Origin: Octopus vulgaris
Taxonomy: Eukaryota
Direction: 5' to 3'
Assembly: GCA_951406725.2 (NCBI GenBank)
Contig: OX597823.1
Span: 124,001 to 188,000, forward strand
DNA length: 64,000 bases
Shown: positions 50,605 through 62,600 of the stretch, one piece after another
Numbering within the stretch: the first letter of the stretch is position 1
How the letters are laid out: each line of letters begins with the position of its first letter
Notes under the pieces: model-generated
Seen by the model: only the letters and a program-made list of their open reading frames with translations
Databases searched by the model: none
What the model was told of the DNA's origin: nothing
Translations under genes and position numbers: made by a program

Positions 50605-53600
50605 GGCAATGAGCTGGCTGAATCCTTAATGAGACAAAATGCTTAGTGAAATGTCTTTTGGATCTTTACATCCTGAGTTAACTTAGCCTTTTATCCTTTC
50701 AGTACTGAGATTGATGTAATTGACTTTCCCCCTCCCCCTCAAGACTGTTGGCTTTCTACCAAAATTATGAATTATTATTATTATTACTCTTGTTATATGT
50801 TTAGCCTGTTTACATTTGAACATCATAACTATCCATCTAAAAGCTTTATTTAATTAGTATTTAGTCCCTAGTTAATAGTTTTATAGCAAACATTAACAAA
50901 CTGTACTAAGGGCCTAGTTACTAGACTGGGGTAAAGCCACACCAAAAACATTTACCATATCAACTCTACTGCTACCTTTGTTAACGAGACAAGAACAAAG
51001 CATCTCTCATGAAAAGTAATAAAAAAGACACACACAAAACAAACAGAGAATAACCACAACAAGGTTTGAAACAGGAATCCAACTCTCAGAAGCCAGATAT
51101 CTTAAGCTCTAGAAGCCACCAAGCCTCCATATAACTACAGCAGTCACAAAATAGCCAAAGAATTTCTTTTTGTCATTTATTTTCAACTCTAAATGTTTGT
51201 ATAGAATTTTGTTTGTTAATTTGAAATCCTTCCAAAGAAACAAAAGACCGAAAGAAAAGAAAGATGAAAGGAAACAGATGTTTTAAAGTGAAAGGAAGAA
51301 TAAGGATTGGTAAAACTCACCATGGTATACTCGCAGGATGGCTTCACAGACAAATTTGTACTGACTCTACAAAAGAAAAGAAAAAGAAAGAAAGGAAATG
51401 AAATCTTCAGGTTGTGTTTGTTTCTAGTTTAATCAATAACTCTAACAACATAAAAGAGCTGAGTGTCAGAAGAATTGCTTTGCAGTATTTCTCCTGACTC
51501 TTTCTGCTCTCAGTTGAAATCCTGCTCTGCTCAACTTTGCCTCTCATCTGTCTGTAGTCAATAAAATAAGTCAAGAATGTAATCGACTAATGCCCCCTCC
51601 CCTCAAAATTAATGGCTTTGTGCCTAAATCAGAAACCTTTTTTATCCTCCTCAATCATTATAATAATAAAGATGGAGGACAGAAACAACTGAGTCTTACC
51701 GTAAAAACCCATGTAATTTATGCACTTTTTTTCACAAAAACAAAAATAAACTTTAATGGATGTGTAAATTACATGAGTAGATTGTTTCCAGAATTTTAAA
51801 AAATATTTTTTTGTTGAAAAATGACATTCGTACTGGAAGTTGACTCATTTAATGTCAGAATAGGTTGTTACAGAAAAAATATAATGAAGTTGACTTTTAT
51901 TTATGCTGGATGGTATAATGCTTACTTTTTCTGAATAAATTTACTAAAACCATTAAATGGTTAACTACTTTTTGAAGTTTGATGTTCATGCTAGCAATTA
52001 CGGTCCAGGCCATATTTTACATGGCTTGGAGTTTCTACTTATCACTATGGAGCCCAGCAATTTCCTTAAATAGATCAGTTTTACTCCCCTTCAGAAGTCT
52101 ACCTTGTGTTTGCCTTCAGGAAGCTATTGCTTGCTCTCTCCATGTTTGAACAATGAAATTCATCACTGCCAGCATCGCCACTACCAGATCTTACTGCATC
52201 TAACGTTGAGGACAACATCATAATTCATCCTTGCACATGTAAACTCAATAAGTGAAGATGACTCAGCATTCCGACAGAAACCTTCATTTACCATATCCAA
52301 TGTTTAATGTCGTTTCACATTCATGTCGAGTTCTGCAGCAATCTCATGTTCTCTTCGTAGAACACTTGTAATGTATGTATTACCAGTTCTTTTGGTAGAG
52401 TAGATTTTTGCTATTCTTCTTTATGTCCCCTCACAGATGTGTATATTCTAGCAAGTCTCTTCTTAAATTTTGCACCTCTCCTGTTCAATAAACACTGAGT
52501 TAAATTTGCAAAGCTGTTTATTTTCTCCTTTCGATTTTTAATGTTTGTTTTAGTGGGTTACCAAACTATCAGTTTGGTCTCCCAGCTAAAATGGTAATGA
52601 CAAATTCTTAAGCTTGCTTTACATTTTGTAAGTGTGAAAGGAATTAAAATTTCGATACTCCATATCAAAGGTTCCAACAAGAATAGGCAGAAAATCAGAG
52701 CTTGAGACAAGAAGACACTTTCGACCAATCAGAATTCTGTTTACATAATCAGTTTGATCGGTCACCTTCCTCTGTCGGTTGAGTAAAGTGTCATCCAAGC
52801 TGATGTTAATTGGTAATTAAACTTATTTTGCAACACCTGTGCATATTTATCAGCTTTGATTTTTGTTGATAAGAATTATCAACAACTTTTCCTGTGATCC
52901 TGATTCAAGAAGACATACATAAGTATGCTAAAGATCGGACATAATCTCTTATGGGCAAGAAATGTAAAATAAAGTTTATTATAAGCAACACAAACACTTT
53001 GTAATTTAATAAGTTTTAATGTGATACCTGTTGAACAGAAATTATTTTTATTTAATGAAAATTTAATAAAATCTAATCATAAGTAAGTGAAATTATGCTA
53101 AATACAACTAACTTGAAAACCTTTTTTCCCCTGGCCATATCAGCAATTCTGAAAACTTTTGAGTGCAAATCTTACACGAGTAGAAGGTATTTTTAACAAT
53201 TTTTATCTTGAAAATCACCTGTGTAAATTATACAGGTGTGCAAATTACATGGGTTTTTATGGAAAATGCCTTGTAGTAATTATAATCATTTATACACTCA
53301 GTTCAAATCCTGTTGAAGTTAATTTACTTCGCTTTTATCCTTTTGGGGTTCAAACAATAAGTGCCAATCAAATGCTACAGTTCTATCTCAAAATTTGTGG
53401 TCTTGTGCTAATGTTAGAAGTTATTATTGTAAAAGTAATGGAGTAACAAAAACGTCTACCAAAATGTTCAGCGATATTTTATGATGTCTCTTCATAATAT
53501 GAATTGAAATCTAAACATTTATCTGCTAGTGGAGAGGTTTCAATGTAACTTGTTCTCTGTAAACTTGTGTCTGTGTATTATGCAAGAAATTGGCATCATC

Positions 53601-56600
53601 CTAACTAACATCCTCTTAAAAGAGGCTGAGAAAATATTTAAGGGCATCATTGAACAGTACTATATGCATTATGATATCCAATAGTCACTGTTATGCTTGT
53701 AAATTTAAACTGGGGTTAATTTACCTTAACTGAGCAGAACTCAAAAAATAAATCAACTCTACCTGTTCTCTAATAAAACATTGCAATTGTAGCAGTTAAG
53801 TGGCCAGTTTTTAATGAAGTGAGTCTCAATAATTAACTAGAACCATTTCACCCAATTATCTTGTGAAAGGCATTAACATTGCAATTGTTTTCCCTCATCA
53901 CCAATTTACTTAACTTATTATCAGAAAAGATAGCAATACCATATTCAACAAAATGAAAAAAAATCTCAACTTTTAACGTAGCACTTGGTATTTTCAATTT
54001 TTGAAATTTTATACATCACTGTTTTTTCAAAAAATTTTTCTTTCACATTTATATATCAATGTTAGCAAAGGTTCAGTTATTGTACAAATTTCAATATATG
54101 GTTCCTAACCAAACACTGCATTTTAAAATTCTAGTGCTGAGTTTGGTAAATCAAATGGTGATCAGGTATATTATCATTTGCAGTGAAACATTCTTGGCAC
54201 ATTAGCTGTTCTTTGTTGGATTCATCCATTGACCCTTTATAGAGTCATCTTAGGGTACAGGAATAGCCCTGTTAGCTCAAATGTATGGCATGCGGGTAAC
54301 TAATTGAATGGTTGGAGTTATGTAAACTCATCTAGCATATCGGATTCAGTGGAATCCAATATTTTGCCATTTGATTACATTTCAGGCTGTAACCTGATTC
54401 AGTGTCACATCCATGATATTAAATTTTTGGAGTCATCATCATCATCATCGTTTAACATCCGCTTTCCATGCTAGCATGGATTGGACGGTTTGACTGAGGG
54501 CTGGCGAACCAGATGGCTGCACCAGTTTTTTTTATCTTTCACAGCTAGAGGAAATCTTTGGAACAGAAAACATTTAACTCTGAAGTCAAGACTGATCCTA
54601 ATTTTAAAAAGACTGGAGGTTTTAAAATAACATCATTGCAGTAGTAGTATTTGAACTTGGTGATTCAGATCTTATAGAAATTTAAGAGAATTACTTTAGC
54701 TCTAACATAATATGCCATTTCTCACCAACATATTTTTATACTTACAGCTGTCTGTATAAGCATTGCTCGCTGATCTCTCATCTGGCGTACAATTGCAAGA
54801 GGAAATACAGTTTGATTGGCTTCCACTAAGCACATAGCCGTTTCCATCGTAATTAGAACTCCTGTCCGACCAATTCCAGCGCTAGAAAAGGAAACAAAGG
54901 CAAAAAAGATATTTCAATGATTAGAAACAGAAAGCAGGATAAAAAAGATTAGATAAATAAAAAAAAATCACTGGTTTTAACATGAAATTATCCTTTATCA
55001 TTTGACAGATGAGAACTAGCTTCATAAGATTTGGTTTCGCTGGCTTTCTACAGATCACTCAATTAATCCTGGTTTTGGCAACCCTCTCTTACTAGCTTGT
55101 TCGATCAATAGCATTTGACCCTCTTGTATACATCACAGTCAATGCATCTGAAACCTACTGAAATTTACACAGTAAATAAGACTTTGATGTTCACCCAGTA
55201 AGAAAATATAAACCGAAGCGAATAACCATGCTCTGGGAGTGAAGACAATCTTATGTAAAAGTCGTTCAGCTTTTATGTTTGCTGGTTGGTTGATTATCAG
55301 CAGCCAACTTTGACACATATAACAATATCAAGCAAAAACACTGTAAGCTAGTGTTTGGAGTCAGTCAGTCTGATATGGAAAATTACAACTGTAGTAAGCA
55401 ATGACTGAGACAATGAAACAAAAATACAGGCTGACTAGAACTTTCTTATTTGGTTAGTTTCCTCACTTTAAGCACCTGTCTGGTTTGCAAGGATTTAGTC
55501 AGCTCAGGATTTGATTATTTTAAACATGTCAAGCTCTACAAAGTCTTTTCATGTTCGATGGCTTTCTCTCAATGGGGGAATCTATATTTATATTGGGTTA
55601 CTTTTTCTTGGGTGTTTGAAGACGTATCTAAACAGATACGTCTTCAACCATCTTAACCCCTGACGGAGAAACATCATCTTTCTCAATCAAAGCCGGAATA
55701 CTGCAGGGAGACACACTCGCCTCATTTCTCTTCATCATTGTCGTTGACTATGTGCTACATATGTCAATTGATACCATTTCTAGCAAGGGCTTTGAAATAA
55801 AACCTAGAAGTTCCAGATACCCAGCTGAATACTTAACAGACACTGACTTTGCTGATGACATCGCTCTTAATCAGTGATTCTATCTCCAATGCCCAGTCTC
55901 TTTTACAATCTCTCGAACAAGCCTCAAATTGTGTAGGTCTTTACCTCAATGAGGCCAAGACTAAATATATAAACAAGTGCCTGTCCAACAGTGATTGCAT
56001 CATCCATACTCTCAACAATGCGCCCTTAAATATGGTTTCTGATTACAAATATCTTGGGTCATACTTATCATCATCTGGAAAAGATTCTCTAACTAGAAAG
56101 GGTATGGCCTGGTCAGCTTGTAATGACATGCATAAGATCTGGTCATCAAATCTAAGTAGAGACTTCAAACTTGAAATCTTCAAAGCCACAGTCGGACCAA
56201 TTCTACTATATGGCTCAGAAACCTGGACGTTATCAAAGAAGCTTGAGAGGCGGTTGGATGGAACCTACACTCGCCTCCTTATGAGAGCTCAAAATCTCTC
56301 GTGGAAGCGTCATCCAACCAAAATGCAAATATATGGGAAACTACCACCTGTGTCATCTCTTGTGAAAGGTAGGAGAGTCCAGTTTGCTGGACATTGTTGT
56401 AGAGCTGAAAACGAGGCAATTTCTACTCTTCTCCTCTGGAAGCCATCTACTCGTAACACCAGAGGGCGCACACTCTCCTACCCTGATATAATCTCCAGGG
56501 ATACAGGCATCCAGCAACAGGACCTCCGTAATGCTATGATAGAGCGTGAAGTCTGGTGTAGCATGGTAAATTCCATTGTCTCGACCACGGTCGAACAATG

Positions 56601-59600
56601 ATGATGATTGGGTGTTTTCTGAGGAACACACAGATACCACACACACACAGTGCAGCAGATGATAAGGACTTGGGGGGGGGGGGCACAGATATTGTGATTT
56701 TTCTTTTCTTTATTGTGTTTCTACTTATTGTTTGCTTTCACAACAGTGAAATGAAATAATGACCATTCGAGAGTCTTACAAGCAGATGCTGATTTTGGAA
56801 AGATTAACTTATTGACTAGCTTTACATTAAGAAGATATGCACAGTTGAAATAGTGAAGAACATAAAAGACCTACCTGCAATGCACCACAGTAGGCTCAAC
56901 CATTCCAATCCTATTCTTCCGAACCCGGATCACAAAATCTAAAAAGTCAGCCGGATCATCAGGTACACCATGATCTGGCCAAGCAATGTACTGCATATGT
57001 TTTATATGTCTCTCTTGGTTAGTCTACAAGTAAATAAATGCCATATTACATACATTAAAGAATTTAAGAAAAAGTTTATTAATTTCAGACAGAAACAAAA
57101 ACATTGAAGGTAGTGTAAGGAATTCAGTAAATACTAATAAACTTCCAACAGCCAAGTTCTCTGACTTGAAGCCATTCCAACCCATCTTTTTCATGTTTCT
57201 ACCTGTTTTTTTTTTCCTGCTGGTACAGGTTTGACAAAACTTGAAGTAATACTCTATGACTGAGTGTTCTTCTTGTTGCTATCTTTGCACAATAAACCAC
57301 TCAATGGTCAGATATGTTTTTACAGCAGGTATAGGCAATGACATCACTATCTAAACACACATGCCAACTGCAGGCTTCTGTATAGTTTCCATCAAATTTC
57401 TCCCCCGGGTGTTTGCCAGCTTGAAGCTGGCACCACACAGCAAGATCAAACCTGAAATAACATGGTTTGCAAAATCAAATTCTTAACAATACAACCATGG
57501 CCCTCCTGAGCAATATAGAAAAGTAGCACATCTGTGTTACAGAAAACTATAATGTAGTGTAGAGGTACTTAGAATTCAAACTCCTGATATCTTCGTAATG
57601 AGAAATAGCTCTTGACCTTGAACTCATAAAATGTCTGTAGCATGCTTCTAAAACATTTAAAAATTGTTTATTTCTGAAAAATCTTCATGCACACATGACA
57701 CACACACATTCTAGATTAACCAGCAAAACATAATCAGCTTTTTAAGCAAGGTTGCACTCATTAGCACTTAAAAACTCAAACCCACAAGAAATCTCATTTC
57801 TGCTTTCACTACTCTGCACTTGACCCCTCTGAACATCTTAATTACATCAGTCCCATGTTAAAGTCTTCTTGTCCCCAGCACTTTTGCTCAATCCTTCCTT
57901 CCTATAGCTGCAATTATCTTGACCATCTGACCCATACCTTCTGGTCCAGTTAACCTGCAACAATTCAAACAAATTTCAACCAATTACCTTGAACATTTAG
58001 TCTAAGAGAGTCTGAAACGGGCTATGGGAACTGATAAACGAATACTACAATCACACAATACCAAACTTGCCTCTACATGTGTTAATGTGAATTCTCTGAA
58101 AGCAAATGATATAGTTTCTTCTTCTTTGACACAAGTGATCTGTAAAATGCCAAAGTCAGTTGTTTCGTATAAGTCCGGCCAGTATTGGTGGCATTTCACC
58201 TGCAATGGAGAAGAAACATTAGTTCTTGGTGTTAACACAAGTGTGTGGAGAGGGAATGAGTGAAAGGACAAACAGCAAAAACATTGAGAGGAAAGTAAAA
58301 CCAAATCAAAAGGAATAGAAACAGTGAAGCTGTCAAATCTGTGCCAGCGATCGTCATAAAGCTAACCATCAACTTTTTACAATGTCAGCCACTGTGGAAA
58401 TTTTTTTTTGTCTTTTTCCATTTTTCCATCTCTGAATTGGCAACAATGTCTGCTATTTCTTTTAATGACGTCCAGACAATCCATGATTATAGATATGTTA
58501 GTAAGTTTAGTGTGATTGAAAACATATTATGTGGACTGGATGCAAAAGAGGTATGTTAATGTTTGAATGAATAGTTTGTTCTCTCTCTCTCTATGAATTT
58601 CATTTACTTTTCACATGTATGGCAACCCACAGTACAAAGGTACATGATGACAATTTTAGGTCCCTACAGTGTCATGGTCATTATTAATATCACCAACTGT
58701 TCAGTGTTCCAGCCAAAAAGGGAGCCTCAGTACAAGTGCATGCCTATTAAAAATAGCAGTCAAATTTCCCTCAAATGACACCTTATCATAGTCAAAAAAG
58801 AAACATCACATTGGCGAATGCATTTCTATACAGATGTGGAATCTTGAAGCACTTGCACGTTATTTCACGAGCAAGCTGTTTTGTGATTGGATCAACTGGA
58901 AGCTTCACCATTGTAATCGATGGAGTGCCAGTTATATATAATGGACAGCAGGACTGGAGGAGCTTTGAGCACTGGTCTGCTTAACTGGGACAGATGGGGA
59001 TGGCAAAATAAACAGCAGAAGAATATATAACGTTTCATTTTATTTATTTATTTATTGCAGAGATTAATATAAAGCTGAAGTATTGTTAAAATTAATTGAA
59101 ATATTTTTGCAATAAAGCTAACCTCTACAGTTACGTTCCTGAGTTCAACAAAGTATTTTATATCAAGACAAGAAACTAATTTGGTTCAATATTTTACTGC
59201 ACAAAGAAAAGATTTAACCTTTAGAGTTATCACAAATTTTTCATTAAAATATTTTTATCTCTGGTGAATTAATATGAAACCAAGAGTAAGAAAACCAAAG
59301 TCCTATAAAGAATTCAGTTGGCAATCTGTAACTGCCCTTCAATGATTTCTAAATTTGCTACAAAATTTTTGGAGTAGTTTTAATCAGTTCAATTAATATC
59401 AGAATTTGACTGTTTCTTGTAGGCTGGAAAATTGTTCAATTTTATTGAACTAAATTCCTGCAGCATATATTTCAACAACGTGGCTCTTCTTATCAAGATG
59501 GCCAAAGTTAGGGCAAAGTTTTTTTGATGTGCCATGCATGACATTTGCTTTTGATGTATTCCTTCTTTTACTTGCTTCAGTCATTGGGCTGTGGCCAGGC

Positions 59601-62600
59601 TGGGGCACTGCCTTGAAAGGTTTCACTTGACCCAAGTACTTATTTTTTTTAATGTCTGGTCCTTATTTTATTGGCTTCTTTTCCAGAAGCACTAAGTTAC
59701 AGAGATGTAAACAAACCAACATCGGTTGTCAAGCAGTGGCAGCAAGAACACAAAGACACACACATACACATGTCTATACGATAGGTTTCCATACAGTTTG
59801 CATCTATGAAATTCACTCGCAAGATCTTGGTTGGCCCAAGTCTACAGTAGAAGACACTTGCCCAATGTGCCATGCACTGGGTCTGAACATGAAAGCATGT
59901 GGCAGCAAAGTGAGCTTCTGAATCGTACAGGGATGCCTGGATCTATGATTCCTGACAGTAATTAAAGAACGAACAACCTTCATTTCCTACTACATCAAAG
60001 CATTTGAAATTTTGTAGCACAAATTATAAAGATGGTAAAGAGTCAAAGTTCTTTATTACAACCAGTTCAGTCTTTCACAATGCAGCATCATCAGCTGGCA
60101 TGGGTTAGACAGTTTGACTGGAACTGGTAAGCCAGGGAGCTGCACCGGGCTCCAATCTGATCTGGCAGAGTTTCTACAAACAGATGCCCTTCCTAACATA
60201 AATGGCAATTTCTTTGAGAAATCATTAAGGTGAAAACTTTCATCAACATTATCATCAGCAGTAGCATGATAAACTAAATCCACAACCAAGTTTTTTTTTT
60301 TAATCTTCCATTGGAATCAAAATTCTTTCATGTTGCTAATCATCATCATCGTTTAACCTCCGCCTTCCATGCTGGGCATAGGTTGGACAGTTTCACAGGA
60401 GCTGGCCAGGCAAAAGACTGCACCAAACTTCTGTGTCTGTTTTGGCACACTTTTTTATGACAGGATGCTCTTCCTAAAACCAAGCACCCCACAGAATGGA
60501 CTGAGTGCTATTTACATGCCACCAGCATAGGTGAGGTCAGCTTTGGCATAGTTTTTATAGCTGGATGCCCTTCCAAATATCAACTACTTTACAGTGTGGA
60601 CAGGGTCACTAATATAAAGAACCTTTGAAAGGGGACAGGGCATTGGAGGAGGTAATCTTGTGTCAGGTGATGAAAGGTTAGAGTGTGACAAAGAGAGAGA
60701 AACAGGTGTCTTGCTGTAGAGGAGGTACATGGTTACCTGGCTGGAGAGAGATAGAGAGAGAGAAAGCGAGAGGGAGAGAAAAGAGAGTAAACAAGAATGG
60801 GGATAGAATGTTGTAAAGGAGATATATGGTTAGCCAGCCAGAGAGAAGAGCAAGGGAAAGAGAGAAAATGGAAGAGAGCAAGAGGAGAGAATAGGAGAGA
60901 GATGGCAATGAAGTGCCAGGGTAAACTCACAAGAGACAGGGATTAGAGCATAGAAGGGAAGGAAGAGAGAGATAAATGGTGGCAAGTGCCAGGGAATACC
61001 ATCAAGGTATGGAGGTCATAATACAGGTGGCAGGGTATTGCCGATAAAGGCGTGAAGCAACATGATCATATTTCATATGGCAAAACGAAAAATTATTTCA
61101 GTACTTACACGTCCCCTTTCTACTTTTGTAGTTAACATAACAACCAATGTACAATGTTGTTCCCAAACCATCTGAAAGAATTGTAGATAATAAAAAAAAA
61201 ATTAGATAATATTACCAAAAAGGCAATGAAAGAATGAAAGAGACAATCATGAATACTGTAACTATAACTGGACAGCTCCTACCTCTGCTGGCAACTAAAG
61301 GCCTCTCAGTCTGGATGAAAGGTGGATTGCATGATGCATGTGTGTGTGAAATACCATGCTACACAGCAGTGAAACATGGGCCATAAATGGTGAGGAAATG
61401 CGTAGGCTTGAAAGAAATGAAGCTAGCACGATCAGCATGAGAAGCATGAGATGTGGTGTGCAAGAGAGACGACTGTGCTGGGATGGCCATGTGGCGAGAA
61501 TGGATGATGAAGACAGCTGTGTGAAGAAGTGCCACTCCCTAACTGTAGAAGGAACCTGTGTAAGAGGTAGACCCAGGAAGGCATGGGATGAGATGGTGAA
61601 GCATGACCTTTGAACATTGGGCTTCAAAGAGGCAATGATAGGAGAGAGGGACCTTTGGAGATATGCTGTGATTGAGAAGACCCAGCAACTAAAGTGAGAT
61701 CGCAGGTACGCATGTCCGGCCCTGTTAAGAATACTCCTGAGGTGTCAGGTGATATGATATGTTTGAGAAGACCTGTTGAGTCAAGTGAAACCAATATTGT
61801 AGCTGGGGCCAGTGACCCCTGGCTGGTTCCCATGCCGATAGCACGTAAAAAGCACCATCCAAACGTGGTCAATGCCAGGACCGCCTGACTGGCTCCCGTG
61901 TCAGTGGCATGTGAAAAGCACCATCTGAATGTATTCGATGCCAGGCTCATTTTACTGGCTCCTGTGCTGGTGGCATGTGAAAAGCACTCACTACACTCTC
62001 AGTGGTTGGCGTTAGGAAGGGCATCCAGCTGTAGAAACATTGCCAGATCAGACTGGAACCTGGTGCAGCCATCTGGATCGCCAGACCTCAGTCAAACCGT
62101 CCAACCTATACCACCATGGAAAATGGACGTTAAATGATGGTGATGATGATACACACACACACAATCAAACATTCGCATACATATTCATATACACCTATGC
62201 ATGTTTGAGTGTATCAATGTGTGTGCACACAAATGCTTGTTTACATCTTATAGATCAACAAAATCAGTAAAATATGTTTTCTTTTACTTTGAAAAGGAAA
62301 TAAGGGTTTGCAATAGAAAAGGCAGGTAAGGAAAAGGAAGAAAATGAAAGTGTATGCATAATCATTCACATAACATTTATATAAACATTATACGAACGAT
62401 AATATTTTGAAAATGAAAGTGTTTAATATTTAATTTCATATCATCATCATCGTTTAATGTCCGTTTTCCGTTTTAGCACGGGTTGGACGGTTCAACCAGG
62501 GTCTGGGAAACCAGGAGGCTGCACCAGGCTCCAGTCTGATCATATATATATATATATATATATAATTGTACATATGTGTGTGCTAGAAAGAGAGAGTGAG

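Noticed and set aside
60660-61040. Purine-rich GA tract (similar at 35590-35860 and 47410-47870) as coding sequence
   Set aside because: Low-complexity, repeat-associated sequence; the ORFs are Ser/Leu/Phe compositional artefacts.
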